A DNA stretch of 63,017 nucleotides, filler included, from Klebsormidium nitens (taxonomy: Eukaryota; Plantae; Klebsormidiophyceae): the NCBI GenBank assembly GCA_000708835.1. It is 8 parts of 8 records of this genome, joined end to end, with 100 filler letters (N's around TTAATTAATTAA, not from the genome) between each part and the next. Parts side by side here need not be neighbours in the genome. Positions count along the whole stretch, not along the records: positions 25,560 to 54,717 come from DF237790.1; 7 more parts are not named here. One strand, 5' to 3'. Positions within the stretch are counted from its first letter, which is position 1, and the number at the start of each line of letters is the position of its first letter. The position numbers and the translations under genes are program-made. The notes under the pieces were generated by a model. The model had not been told where the DNA came from. It saw only the letters and a list, made by a program, of their open reading frames with translations, and did not search any database. This document shows positions 37,087 through 48,566 of this stretch, piece by piece.

Positions 37087-39485
37087 TCATGTTCCCCCCC
37101 GGCGCTTCTTTCCGGCTTCCTTATCCCCCTGGGATAATTCCGCCCCGGTCTTGGCCTCCTTCTCCGCTTTTCCCCCCTCCAATTCACCCGTTCTGGAGGC
37201 TTCGCCGCTCTCTCCTCCATGCGTCTCCTCTGCTTCCTTCTCCCTCTTGGTCCCCCGCTTCGACTTCTCTGCGCCTCCCTGGGATTCCTCCAACGTTCCC
37301 TCCACCACAGCTCGGCACGCTCCCCGGCCGATTCAACCCCTACGCCAGGCCCCTGCTTCGCTTTCGTCTCTTTGCGTTTCTCAAGTAGCTTCTCCGTTTT
37401 GGCCCCTCCTTCCGGCCCCTGCGTTGTTCTTTTCCCCTTGTCCTTCCCCTCCGACTTTTCAGCCCCTCGCGAGGGCCCCTGCGCAGTCCTTATAGCGCGG
37501 CTTGCTGCCTCGCTCTTCTCTTTCTCCTCTTGTGCCTCTCGCGCCTCCCGTTCGATCTGCTAGGGGGGCTTCCACCGTACTTTATATGGGTTTGGGTCAT
37601 AGACCTTGGTATCACGTCGGTCCACGACGTGCTCTACAGCCTCTTGCAATGGGAGTTTGTCGTCCTCATTTCGGATGCCTCAGATCCGTTTTGCAAGGTC
37701 CAAGTCTTTTTTCATCTGAGTCGTCCACTTTCCGTGTGCTTGGCAGAATACGGCGTCTCCAAACAGCCCCACGACGGAGTCCTGACTTGCCTCCAACAGG
37801 GCGTCCAACGCCGACGCCTGCCACCTGCAAGATAGTCACGTCATCAAGACATCAGTGCAAAGCTCGAACATTGTCTTGTTTATCTCCCGCATGATGTTCG
37901 GAACCCCGCCAATGTACCCGAAGTTTTGGAGAATAGCTGGTCCACGGCTGGAGTGTTGCAGAGTTTGCCACCCATGATATCCAAAATCTCAATGATCCGC
38001 CTACTTTCGGAGATGGCCCGGGCGCAGTCTTGTCAGAGCAATTACTTTCGGAAACCTGGCTGCCGGATCGGATCATGGGCCTAGAGCAAAGCAGACCGCA
38101 TGCTCCCAAAACCATGAAACTTAATAGAGGTTGAAGCTTTTCAGTCCCGGGCCAAAACAACGACCGCCCACATAATATAAAACGTACCTGAGGTCTTCTT
38201 GTTTCGAATACGTGTTGCACAGGCGCCTCACGATCCGACCGAACGTGATTTTTGGAATTAGGAAGTCCGTGCTCTTCTGGTACTTCCTGATTTCTCTGAG
38301 CGCCAAGGTGCCCGGCTTGTACCGCCGCGGCTTCTTCTCGGGCCGCAGGGGCGTGATCGCCGCCGTTGCTTTCCGGTTGTCTCCAACCACCGCCTTTCCA
38401 CTGCCTTCCTTCGCAAGCTTTTGCCTCCCCTCCCCAGCTGCCGGCTTCCCGACATCTGGCGCCCGTCGGTGCCACTTTCTTTTTTTGGGCACCCCCTGAG
38501 CCCTTCTGCCCCGTGGGCCCTGCTGCCTCCGGCTTGCCTGCAAGCGCCGCCACCCCAGCCACCGGCTTCTTACCCCCCACCACGCCCCAGACGCTTGATG
38601 GTTCCGACCTGTTGCTTTGCTTCGCGGCTTCTTTCGAGGCGGCTTGCATGTCTTGCCGGCCGTCACAAGTTCTCTGGAGGTCTTCCCAAGGCTTTTTGCT
38701 GCTGCCTTGTGCCTCCTATGCTGCTCCGTTGAATCCATTTCCCGACCACGCTCTCCCAACATCGAGTGCAGCTCCCCCCCTTCTTCTTCCTTTTCAACCT
38801 CCGCGGGCGCTTCCTCCCCTCGTGCATGGTGCTTGAACGTCATTTCGGCTTGCAGCTCCGATTCGGTGGGCGCATCGGGATCGTCTTCCCCCGCCGCATT
38901 CAAGTGGACATCCGCTTTTCTGAGGATTGTCTCCTTCAGGTTATGAGTCTTGGATGGTTTTTCATAGAGAGCATTGTTCCGTGCAATGTCGTCAAGCACA
39001 GCCCGGTATTTTTCTGAGCTCATAATGCGCCGCTCCTTTCGGACTCAGTCTTCCGGAGCCCCTTGCTCTGTCTGCAGGGTCTCTGGCGGAGGAGATTTCT
39101 CCCCGCTGAGCTCTGCAAACTTTGCTTGATAATGAGCTTTCGCCTTCGCTTTCTTCTTTGAGGACCACTTGTTTTGCGTAGCAAGAGTTTCCACGTATGA
39201 CAAATAATCCTCTAGTCCCCAATCGGCATGAAGGCCACACTCGTCTAGCTCTAGTGTGTCGATTGCAGTTTCGGACTCTCTCGGGACTTGCACTTCCCCC
39301 GGGTTCTCCGAGTTACCAACTTCATCCTCTTGCGCGGCCACCTTCTCCGCCTCCCGGCCCCGTTGCAAAACTTGGTCGCAGGCTGATGCGCGGCTTTTGC
39401 AATTGAAGGAAGCGTTGGAAGCTTGCGGCTGATCAGAAGCGGCCGCGCCCTTTAAGCGAATGAGACCACGAAAAATGACATTCAA
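37087..39485 (-). pseudogene. Histone H3-like (CENH3-type fold) copy 2, ~380-aa N-tail plus charged C-tail; intron 38187-37825; in-frame TGA at 39045 and several frameshifts
   Basis: [43 protein letters not shown]|WQASALDALLEASQDSVVGLFGDAVFCQAHGK, then shifted KKDLDLAKRI*GIRNEDDKLPLQ..RWKPP. ORFs 39045-39485 and 38121-39023 are in one frame. Confidence 0.85.
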
Positions 39486-39868
39486 TGTAAGGCAGACTTT
39501 TTACGAAGTTGTGATGGATTGTTCGATTTTAGGGTTTGCTTAGGTTTTCGCACGCTTGGCGAATGTCACGCTCCCGCTCGTTTACTTCATTTCGACGATA
39601 TAGCTCCTGCAGCCTATGTCGGTCGACTCAACGCTCACAATATCGAACCCGCTCGCAAGTCGACGAATAGCGGGTCCTACACCTACGCTGCAGCCTGTCA
39701 AGCTATCGAAATCAAACGCAAATTACGAAATGTCTCGGATTGACTTTCAAACCCGGCCCATGCACGGCCAAATTTCTGGTTGCTTGCATGGTACGGTTCG
39801 TTGGAAGTTGGAAGGCGCTCAAAACAGCCGCGAACATCCATTTGGCGTTGCTTCGTCTGCGCTTGATA

Positions 39869-42800
39869 ATGAGAGCAGCTGTCCGGTCTTCAAGCGACGA
39901 CATTCCAAACGAAGAGGTCAATGGGCTAGAGGACCCTGAAATTCTGTTGAAGCAAGCAAATCTAAATCAGCAAGAAGCGGAGAATTTGGAGGCGGCCGCA
40001 TATAGCAAGAGATCGCCCTTGGAAAAGGGACCTCTTGTTATGTCAATCCCCTTGCAGCATGTTGAAGAAGTTACCGAAGTGTTCAAAGGGGAGGAGGAAG
40101 ACCCCTTGCCTTTTGCGCAGCAGATTGCACTCGCAGAGCACGTCTTCAAAAAAGAACACGCGGCTTACGAAGCGGCGCAGGCTAGAAAGGCAGAGAAGCA
40201 CGCAAGAAGGGGAAGGCGGCCGCACTAGCCGCATTCCAGGCAGCGAGCAAAGCTGCTCCCCCTCAAATGAAAAAGGGCTCTAACAGAAAGTCCATTGCCA
40301 AGCTCGGGCCAACGGGAAGGCCGAGGCCTGGTGCTGGGGTGCTCCGCGGACTCCCGGCAGTGCCACCAGGGCGGAGCAGCAAGGGGAAGGGCAGCGCTCC
40401 AGAGCGAAGCGGCATCAAGAAGGCATCTGCACGGGAGACACCCACCAAGAAGACATCAGCAGGTATGAACTCTTGAACGCCTTGCAAATTGCCGGGCCTC
40501 TTTTGTCAGCTCAATGCCTTTGATTTCAGCATTCTAGCTAGCGGGTTGTATCCCAAACAGGTTGCATGAGTGCTTTATGGTAAACGGGCTGTAGAAGTTG
40601 AGCTCAAATGTGAGCGGTCCATGAGCGATCTAGGCATAGGTGCGAGCCAGTTGTCCCTGAACATGATGCTTGGGCGCCTCCCTAATACAGCAACTACCAA
40701 GATGTGATTAATGCTTTGATGCTTTCGCATTTCAGCGAGGAGTTTGTTCACCACTAGGTACATGCTCCCGTTTTAGAGTGGTGGGCGCTCATGTTGACAG
40801 TAATGCAAATGCTTTTTTGCAAAATACGAGCACCTCCTTGTTTGTTCTATGTTGAGTTTGTTCAAAAGCAGGTGCATGCTTGCTAAACTGCAAGATCATA
40901 AGGCTCTTTTTGTCAGCTCATTGCACTTGGTTTGAGCATTTTTGACGAGATGGTTGTTTCCCAAACAGGGTGCAGAAGCAGTTTCTGGTATATGGGTTGT
41001 AAAGATTGAGCTCCATTTGATCACTTCATGAGCGTCCTGGGCCTATTTTGCAAGCGGAGGGTCCCTAAAACACGGTGCTTGCGGCGTTTTTGGTAGACCA
41101 ACTGCCAACTGGTGGTCAAGGCAATGGTTTCATAGCTGCTCATGTTACCTCAAAAACTTACTATCCTCAAAGACCCACTACGTGACTGAGCGCCCTGCGC
41201 GCGCGTACGCGCGACAGACACCAACCGTGCAAACCCTGTGAATCGGAATCAATCATTGGTGGCGACACCCCGACCATACAAGCGGAAACGAGCATCATCT
41301 GATTGGCTAAAGTAAGTGGCGTTACTTCTGCGCGCCGAATCGGGAGGCGACACGTGGCGACCCTTCGGAACACTCTAGAATCAGAAGAAAGTGACCGGAA
41401 GCTTCGTAGTCTTCAATTAGAATCTAAAGATGGTACGCAGTAGATCACGTGGAACTAAGACCCAAATTCTAGAAAGAGCCGAGTAGATACGGGGTCGGTT
41501 GCCAGCATGACTTCTGGTCGCTGACTGCCCGTGATAGGCTAGATGGGAAAGACACGATCAAAAGAGAAGAGACAAGAAGAAATTGAACATTCTTTCCTGG
41601 AAGAGATAGGAAGAATCCGCTTGTGTGCGCCGCCTTGCAGCCACCAAGTGCTTGACCCACTGTTTTCTGTTTTCATTGCGCGCCGACCGACCCGCTTCAA
41701 CTATCTAAATGTTGGTGAATGCTTTTGATGAACTTTTGATTAGGTGGGCTTCCCGTGGGCTTGTTTGATGATATGACCAACCAGCCAGTCTGCATCATTG
41801 TTATGCATTAATGACCTATCTGCATCATGCACCTAGCTAGCATGTTTCCGAGCAAGGCGATTTCTTAAGGTAACACTCCAGCTAGATTGTTTGTTCAAAA
41901 CTACTAGTATTTGGTCCCATTTTAGTACGGTGGGCTCTTGTGTAGAACGTAATACAATTGGTTTATTGCAAAGTATAAGCACTTAGTTTGTTTCGCAGGC
42001 AACAAGCGCAAGGCGCCAGAAGGTCCAGCTCCCGCCTCCAAGCGTGATCCAAAGAAGCCGCATTGGTACATGCCAGGCACCCTAGCGCTCAGGGAGATCC
42101 GGAAGTACCAAAAGAGCACGGAGCCTGTTGTCCTCAGGCTCTCGTTCGGTCGGCTCGTGCGTGAGCTGTGCGACACGAAGAGAAACAAGAGGGGAAAGAG
42201 CTACGGCCTCAGGTTAGCATCTCAGTTGAAATCGAGTAGTTGACGTCTATTGTTCGATCTTACTACGTTGGGCTGTGATGTGGAGCTTCAAGCAGGTCGG
42301 AACGAGCAACTTGGGCAGGAATATGTGGTATCAGGTGTTTGAAATGAGCTGCTCACACATTGCCATTGAGCTGGCAGGTAAACAAAGTCGCAAATGCTTC
42401 CACTCTGATCATGTGGGCGACAATCTTGTTCACGAGGGAAGCGGCAACTCAACTAGCATGATTTGCGCAGCGAAAGTGTGCAGGTCTCTTTGCACTGGTA
42501 GAATAAACCAACTCCCGGAATCATATGTGCTTCTACACCTGTCCTTCCCAGTCGGACGGTCCAATTCCAAAGTGCGTAACAGAATGTGCATTTGGAAATC
42601 GTTCGGGGGAGGGATATCCAAGATTCAAGCATCCTAATCTGCTTTGAAAATCTTGCAGGTGGCACTCGTCCGCTCTAGACGCACTTTTGGAGGCGAGCCA
42701 AGACTTCATCGTGGGCCTCTTCGGAAAGCCATCTTCCGCGTTGCGCACGGCAAGCGCAAGACCCTCCAGGTGAAGGACTTGGACCTAGCGCGCCGGATCC

Positions 42801-43057
42801 GCGGGATCCGCGACGACAACAACAAACTGCCTCTGCAGAGGGAGGTGCAGCACGGGCACTCCTACGACAAGAGGGAGTACTATTCTCAGCTGCGTGCTGG
42901 CGCAGAGAGGTGGAAGCCGCCAAAGCAGATCGAGCGGGAGGAGAGAGAGGCAAGGGAACGGGAGCGCGCTGCCGCTCAAGAGGCAGCGCAAGGCGGGGCT
43001 GAAACGTTCAAGGCGGGTGAAGAGAGAGGGAAGCAAGCGGGGAAGCAAGGGAAATAG
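39869..43057 (+). pseudogene. Histone H3-like (CENH3-type fold) copy 3; exons 39869-40462, 41999-42212, 42659-43057; two -1 shifts in short A runs (~40204, ~42726), possibly sequencing errors
   Basis: [43 protein letters not shown]|WHSSALDALLEASQDFIVGLFG/AIFRVAHGKRKTLQVKDLDLARRIRGIRDDNNKLPLQ..RWKPPKQIEREEREARE. Confidence 0.87.
40498..41145 (+). repeat. Diverged ~240-bp duplication in intron 1 of H3-like copy 3 (~40498-40735 and ~40905-41145)
   Basis: Shared CTCTTTT(T)GTCAGCTCA.TGC, GGTTGT.TCCCAAACAGG.TGCA, TTGAGCTC, CATGAGCG, GTCCCT.AA. Confidence 0.7.
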
Positions 43058-44096
43058 GTGGTGGCATCTCGGGCAAGGGGCAAATATGGCGCGGGGCAAG
43101 GGCAATCCGAGTAGATTAGGTGCACGAATGGGGTCTAGAAAAGGGGCGGGGTCCGCTAAGGCGGAAGATGTGGTGACGGGTGGCCGGGGCCTAGGTGGCG
43201 GGACTCCCGAGAAAGGAACTGGTGGTGCTGGGGGAGTTAGTGGTGCGCCGGCGTCTGCTTTGTTTGTTTCGATTGACTATTAGTTTGTTGATCTGCCGGT
43301 TTCGCAAAAGAACGATCTTGGAGTCCCGATCTTGTCAGACCCGTTTTTGTATTGGGTTGTGCATGGGCAAGCTTTCTTTGTCGGCACATTTGCAGTAGCA
43401 TCATAAAGACCCAAGCAAGACAGGCAACTGCATTAAATACTTGAACAAGATTGATATGATTGACGCATCTAACGGCATCCTTTCGTTTCATTCTGTGCTT
43501 TATTTGTCATGCCGGTTCGAGTCGCAGTGGTTTTATGTCCGATCTAGTTGGTCATGTCGAGAATTGAGTGGTAATGACATGGACCTCAGTGTGCCCAGTG
43601 CACTTGTGACTTGGAGGAAGAATGAAGCCCTATAGCTTCATTCTTTCTTCTGTTCAATTGTAAGACTTGAGGAAGGGCGGCATCAGGTGTCCTTGCGAGT
43701 TGCATCATGGCCAGAAGCTAGTCTCAACGGTGACGCATGTGAGTGGTGACGATAGGAGCTCCCTGTGCACATGGCTCTGTTCTCTGTGACATGCTAGCGA
43801 AGCATGACTTTTTCACAGAAGAAAGAATCCAGAGCCAAGTGAGGTTAGGGAAAGTGTTCAGCTTGGGGGAGCTGTTGGAGCAGCAGCCGTTGCAGGACGC
43901 GACGGCGCTGGAAAGGGTTGGCAGGCAGAAAGTCTGCGACCTGCGGAGGGCGGACCCCGCTGGGGTTGCGCCAGGAGTGACGGTGCTGCGGCACGGGAGA
44001 AGGGGAGCGGAGCGTCTGCGCACCCCAGGGAGACCCGCGAGCTTAGGGAGGCCCGAGGAGGTAACGGTCACGCGATCAGTTGCTGGTTGATGACGA

Positions 44097-45206
44097 ATGG
44101 GGGACGATCTTAGGCAGTTAGTTCAGCGGATCAGGGGTCTCAAGCCAAGTGAAGTGGAGAACGCGCAGGGTTTCATAGACGGTTGGAATCGCTTCAAGCT
44201 GCGGTTTCCACGTGGGTTCCCGGAGGATAAGCTGTGGGTTAACTTTGTTGCAAACCACCCTGAGAGAGCAAAGTTGTTGGGAGTTACGGTCAACCCCAGG
44301 CAGCACTGGCCGTTTGTCCAGCTGCGCTGTCCCTCTCCTTGCCCGCTGTGCCACAGGCCGGAGAGAGACGAGCAGAGGATACGGGAAGCGGTGGAACGTG
44401 CTGAGGCAGAGGAGAGAGAAGAACGTGCTAGGAAGCAGTTGTCGGCGCGGCAGCAGCAGGAAGAGCGGGCGCTCAGGGAAGCTGAAGAGCTGCGGCGCCG
44501 GGACGAGCTGACGGCGGTGCACGGGCGCCGGTTTGAGCAACGGGAGGAGGCGTTGGAGACTAAGAAGGAGTTCCGGAAGAAGGAGGAGAAGCGGCTTGCG
44601 GAGGTGCAGGAGCAGTTTGCGAAGGACGTGGAGAGAAACCCTAGGCTAGCGGAGCTGCTAGAGGCCACGCAGAGGTTCGTCGCAAGGTGGGGGCCGTACG
44701 TGGACGGACACAGCGGGGTACCAGAGGCCAAGCTTTGGCTCGCCTACGTAGCCAACGACCCGAGAGGAGCGAGCGGGTTTGGAGCAAAGGTCAGCTTAGC
44801 GGAGCACCTCCCGCAGGTGGTGAACGGGTGCTTGACCGCCTGTCGCTTGTGTGACCAGGTCCAGTCGCTGGAGACGCGTCAGCAGGTGTGGAACCAGACG
44901 CAGCAGCTGGTGGAGCAGGCGGCGAGGGCGAAGGAGCTGAGGGAAAGGGCGGTTGCAGCAGAGGCGGCCAGGGTGCAGGCGGAGTCGGCCAAGAAGAAGC
45001 GGGAGCGGAAAGCGGAGGCGAAAGCGAGGCGCATAGCGGAACAGGGAACGGGTAGCAAGGAGAAGGAGGGCGAAGAGGCGCGCCCCGCTTGGCTGGAGGA
45101 GGAGCTCCGGGGTTACTGTGAGTGGCACTCGGTGCACGGGTGGCTGCTGGCGCTGCTGGACACACGCCTTGCGGACCAGGGACGCGGTGTGGAGTGCCTG
45201 GACTGA
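44097..45206 (+). CDS. ORF1 / Gag N-terminal region with two copies of an unrecognised H-C-C-C domain separated by coiled coil
   Basis: PEDKLWVNFVANHP..GVTV..HWPFV..CPSPCPLC (aa ~23-85) aligns with PEAKLWLAYVANDP..GAKV..HLPQV..CLTACRLC (aa ~190-252). Confidence 0.65.
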   Translation: MGDDLRQLVQRIRGLKPSEVENAQGFIDGWNRFKLRFPRGFPEDKLWVNFVANHPERAKLLGVTVNPRQHWPFVQLRCPSPCPLCHRPERDEQRIREAVERAEAEEREERARKQLSARQQQEERALREAEELRRRDELTAVHGRRFEQREEALETKKEFRKKEEKRLAEVQEQFAKDVERNPRLAELLEATQRFVARWGPYVDGHSGVPEAKLWLAYVANDPRGASGFGAKVSLAEHLPQVVNGCLTACRLCDQVQSLETRQQVWNQTQQLVEQAARAKELRERAVAAEAARVQAESAKKKRERKAEAKARRIAEQGTGSKEKEGEEARPAWLEEELRGYCEWHSVHGWLLALLDTRLADQGRGVECLD

Positions 45207-45224
45207 GCGGACGGCTGGTGTTTC

Positions 45225-48200
45225 ATGCCGGTGGAAACCAGGGGGCAGTGGGCGGAGAGGTATCAGGCGGTGCTGCGTGCGGAGGCAGAGAGCACAGAGG
45301 AGTCAGGGGTGGGCCAGGAAGGAAGGGTTGAGGCTGGGAAGGAAGTCCAGCCGGTTGTGAGGGGTGAGCAGGCCGTGGGGTGGTGGGAGGATCCATTTGG
45401 GGAGATGGCAACATGCGCGGGGGCTGATGGGAAGCTTAGGTTCTCGGGAAAGAAAGGCGAGGGGTTGACGATTAAGCAGTTCGAGTTAATGGTGAAGGGG
45501 AGCTTGCTGAGCAGGTTTAAAAAGCTCCAGAAAGACGTCGGTGAGCCGATCACGGGCCCTGAGTTCCTGGGCAACTACTGCATCTTCCTTGGGGAGTTCC
45601 TGGACAACCCCGCCAAGCTAGCCCACGAGCGGGAGTACGAGGCGCACTGCCGGGAAACGGACCCGGTGGCAGCCCTCCTAAAGTCCCTCAAGAGGCATTT
45701 CAAGGACCATAAGGAGGGCAGGGCTCACGAATGGGTGGCGTTCAGGAGGGAGCCGGGGGAGGAGCTCCCGTCGCTGCTCTTTAGGCTCCAAGGGCTAGCG
45801 CTGGACCTGGAGAAGCCCCTGGAAGACAAGGAGCTGGTGGGGAAGTTCGTGGCAAGCCTCGATCGCCGGTTCGCGGAACAGACTAACACGCAGGCGATGT
45901 CGTCGACGGTCGAGACAGGAGGGGCCTACACGCTGGATGAAGCGTATGAGGCCGCGCTGATGGTGGCCGCCGGCAATGCGTGCATGAAGATCGCCAGGGA
46001 GCTGGTGCCCAGGAGTAGCGAGGTCCCCCGCGCGTGTTGGGGAGGACGGGCAAGCGGGGCGCACTCGGCACTGCAGCTGGAGGAGCCCGTATACGCAGCG
46101 GCGGTGGCCGCTCCCGTGGCACAGCAGGGGGGCTCGGGGGCGTGCCACAACCGCGGGGAGACCGGGCACTACAGGAACGCGTGCCCCCATCCCCCGCAGA
46201 ACAGCGCTGGGCGGGGAGGCGGACGGGCTGGACGCGGCGGCGGCGGACGCGGCCGGGGACGGGGCCCCTGTTGGGTCTGCGGTGATCACGACCACCAGGC
46301 TGCTCAGTGCGCAAAGCACGCTGCCCCTGCCCCTCAGCCTCAGCATGCTGCGGTGGCGGTGCGTGCCCCCCCGGCATGTGGAGACGGGAGGGGAGTGCTG
46401 GTGTCGGGGGCAAAGTTGAGGGCGTTCCAGGAGTGGAGGGCATCTTCTCAAGCGGCGCTGGCGACGCGGGCCGACGAGGGGGAGGAGGAGGACTTCGAGT
46501 GGGACGAGCAAGAGTACGCACTCGGGGCGGTTGCGCTCCCCGTCAGCGAAGGCACGCCAAACAACATGGCGGCGGCAGGAACTAGGGCGGGGGCGGAAAA
46601 GGCGAAAGCCACCAGGGCAGCGAAGCGCGGACCAAGGGAGGCGGGACGGCAGGAAGCGCAGGTGAACAAGGGCGCTGTTGGGAAAGTGGGGACGGAGCAG
46701 ATCGCGCGGCCAATGGGGGACGGGACAGAGGAGGCGCTCAGGGCAAGACGGGACAAGGGGGCGGCGAAGGAGCGGGCCGCGAAGCTGCCCGATCATGGGC
46801 GGTACGTCGTGCCACAGGGGCTGCACCGGCTGCCGGCGGGGTTCGCGGTCAGGGACGCGCAGGTGCCGCAGGCCGCTGGGACTACGCGCGTCAGAGCCGC
46901 AGGAAATGCGCGCGCCAGCTCGCCCGACGTGGTTCCCAAACCCACTCATCCCAGCTCCTTTGAGACCGTGCAGGCCCCATACCACCTGCCAGGTAAGACA
47001 GCCCCGGCCCCTTTCCAAAACCAAGGCCGTGGGCAATCCCAAACCTTGCAGGGCCTGGTAGCGCCTGGCGCGGGGGTCCTGCCACAGCCGGTGCTGACCG
47101 GGGGGGTCCACCTCGACGTGGGAACGTTCCTAGAGCTGGCCCAGCGCGCGGACATGAGCATGGCGGACGTGGTGGCGCTGACTCGTGGGCAGAAGGCGGG
47201 CGTGGCGCCGCCGCAGGCCCAGGTCACCGCCGGTTCAGGCAACGGGCGCAGCCTGTCACCAGCGGCGCTCAGGGCCCAGGAGGCAAGGGAGCGGAGCGCC
47301 GGCGCGGCGCAGCAGAGCGAGGGGCAGACGCCGGGGGGGGCTGGGGCCAAGGAGATCTCAGGACCCATGGCCCAGTGGGTGGCCATTCTGGAGGACTCAG
47401 TCAGGCGGGCACCAGAGCCGGCGGGGGTGGCGGTGGGAGCGCCCAGCGGGTCCATGGAAGGGGCAGATGACGAGGGATATGCAGACGCGGTGGTGTGGGC
47501 AGACGTCCCGGTTGAAGAGGCTCCTGAGAGCTCGGCGATGGGGGAAGGTCGGGGGCGGGCCAGACAGCGGGGGCAGTCAGACAAGGCAATGGCAGAGGCA
47601 CGGCAAGAGGAGGAACTGAGGGCCCACGCAGAGGAGCGGAGCATCAAGGACAGGGTATCCAGGCAGGACGCTGCGCTGGCAAGGAAGCTGGTGACAGGTG
47701 AAGCGATGGCCAAGGGGATTGACCCCAGCGCAGCGGTCGAGGCCCAGGCAGCGTTGGGGGGAGAGCGTGGGGAAGCGGAAAAGGGGAAGGAGAAAGAGGG
47801 GGACAGGGGCAGTAGGGCAAGCTTGGAGGAGGCGCTGGGTTGGGAGAAGCGGGTAGCTGGCGGGGCGAAGAAAGGCAGCACGCCGCTGGCGCCTGTCACA
47901 TTTCAGCCGCACAGAGCCACGGGGCATAGTAAGGAATTGGAGGCGGATGCCTACGCGCACGCGGCGATAATGGCGTGCTTCGCCGACGGGCGCCCGCTGG
48001 TGGAGGCTGGGAGGCGGTCGCAAGTTGAAGGGGTTCCAGACTGGGTGGACAACAGCAAGGGAGCGGTGCGAGTGGCGGCGCCCCAGGGACTGGTGACACC
48101 GCAGCGGGTGCTCTTGGACGGCGGGAGTTATTACACGATGGTGGGAGCCAGGCTCAAGGAGCAGCTCGGGCTCGGGGATGCGGATATGGACGCGGGGGGC

Positions 48201-48566
48201 CAGAAAGTCCACACAGCGACGGGTAAAGTGGAGTCCCTGCAAGGCGGACTGACAAAAGAACCGGTGCCGATCATCCTCAATGCAAACACGCCGGAGGAGT
48301 TGACAATCTGCGAAAAGGTGGCTTTCACGGGGTCAACAGGGTATGACCTCTTGATCGGCATACGGGCGGCGTACCCGTCTGGTCTCTTGGTGGACAGGTG
48401 GGCAGAGACGGCAGTCTACAGGGCGGACTGGCAAAGGCAGGGCGTGGTGGTGGGGAAGTTGCCGATGAAGCTGCATCAAGAGCTGGGGGCGGCATGGACA
48501 ACGGTAGGCAAACGGGGGAGGAAGGGGGTGGCGGGCGTGGCGCTCGCTTGCTGCCTCACCAAATGA
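45225..48566 (+). CDS. Gag (retrotransposon gag core, two zinc knuckles) plus aspartic protease
   Basis: FRREPGEELPSLLFRL gag-core-like segment, degenerate CHNRGETGHYRNAC, CWVCGDHDHQAAQC, protease VLLDGGSYYTMV and YDLLIG. Confidence 0.8.
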   Translation: MPVETRGQWAERYQAVLRAEAESTEESGVGQEGRVEAGKEVQPVVRGEQAVGWWEDPFGEMATCAGADGKLRFSGKKGEGLTIKQFELMVKGSLLSRFKKLQKDVGEPITGPEFLGNYCIFLGEFLDNPAKLAHEREYEAHCRETDPVAALLKSLKRHFKDHKEGRAHEWVAFRREPGEELPSLLFRLQGLALDLEKPLEDKELVGKFVASLDRRFAEQTNTQAMSSTVETGGAYTLDEAYEAALMVAAGNACMKIARELVPRSSEVPRACWGGRASGAHSALQLEEPVYAAAVAAPVAQQGGSGACHNRGETGHYRNACPHPPQNSAGRGGGRAGRGGGGRGRGRGPCWVCGDHDHQAAQCAKHAAPAPQPQHAAVAVRAPPACGDGRGVLVSGAKLRAFQEWRASSQAALATRADEGEEEDFEWDEQEYALGAVALPVSEGTPNNMAAAGTRAGAEKAKATRAAKRGPREAGRQEAQVNKGAVGKVGTEQIARPMGDGTEEALRARRDKGAAKERAAKLPDHGRYVVPQGLHRLPAGFAVRDAQVPQAAGTTRVRAAGNARASSPDVVPKPTHPSSFETVQAPYHLPGKTAPAPFQNQGRGQSQTLQGLVAPGAGVLPQPVLTGGVHLDVGTFLELAQRADMSMADVVALTRGQKAGVAPPQAQVTAGSGNGRSLSPAALRAQEARERSAGAAQQSEGQTPGGAGAKEISGPMAQWVAILEDSVRRAPEPAGVAVGAPSGSMEGADDEGYADAVVWADVPVEEAPESSAMGEGRGRARQRGQSDKAMAEARQEEELRAHAEERSIKDRVSRQDAALARKLVTGEAMAKGIDPSAAVEAQAALGGERGEAEKGKEKEGDRGSRASLEEALGWEKRVAGGAKKGSTPLAPVTFQPHRATGHSKELEADAYAHAAIMACFADGRPLVEAGRRSQVEGVPDWVDNSKGAVRVAAPQGLVTPQRVLLDGGSYYTMVGARLKEQLGLGDADMDAGGQKVHTATGKVESLQGGLTKEPVPIILNANTPEELTICEKVAFTGSTGYDLLIGIRAAYPSGLLVDRWAETAVYRADWQRQGVVVGKLPMKLHQELGAAWTTVGKRGRKGVAGVALACCLTK

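Noticed and set aside
39530-39537. Single TAGGGTTT telo-box between the divergent H3-like genes
   Set aside because: An 8-mer that also occurs at ~7532 and ~31167; not significant alone.
43746-43765. TGGTGACGATAGGAGCTC as Gypsy PBS
   Set aside because: Its complement does not fit tRNA 3' geometry (position 61 is not C), and no LTR end precedes it.
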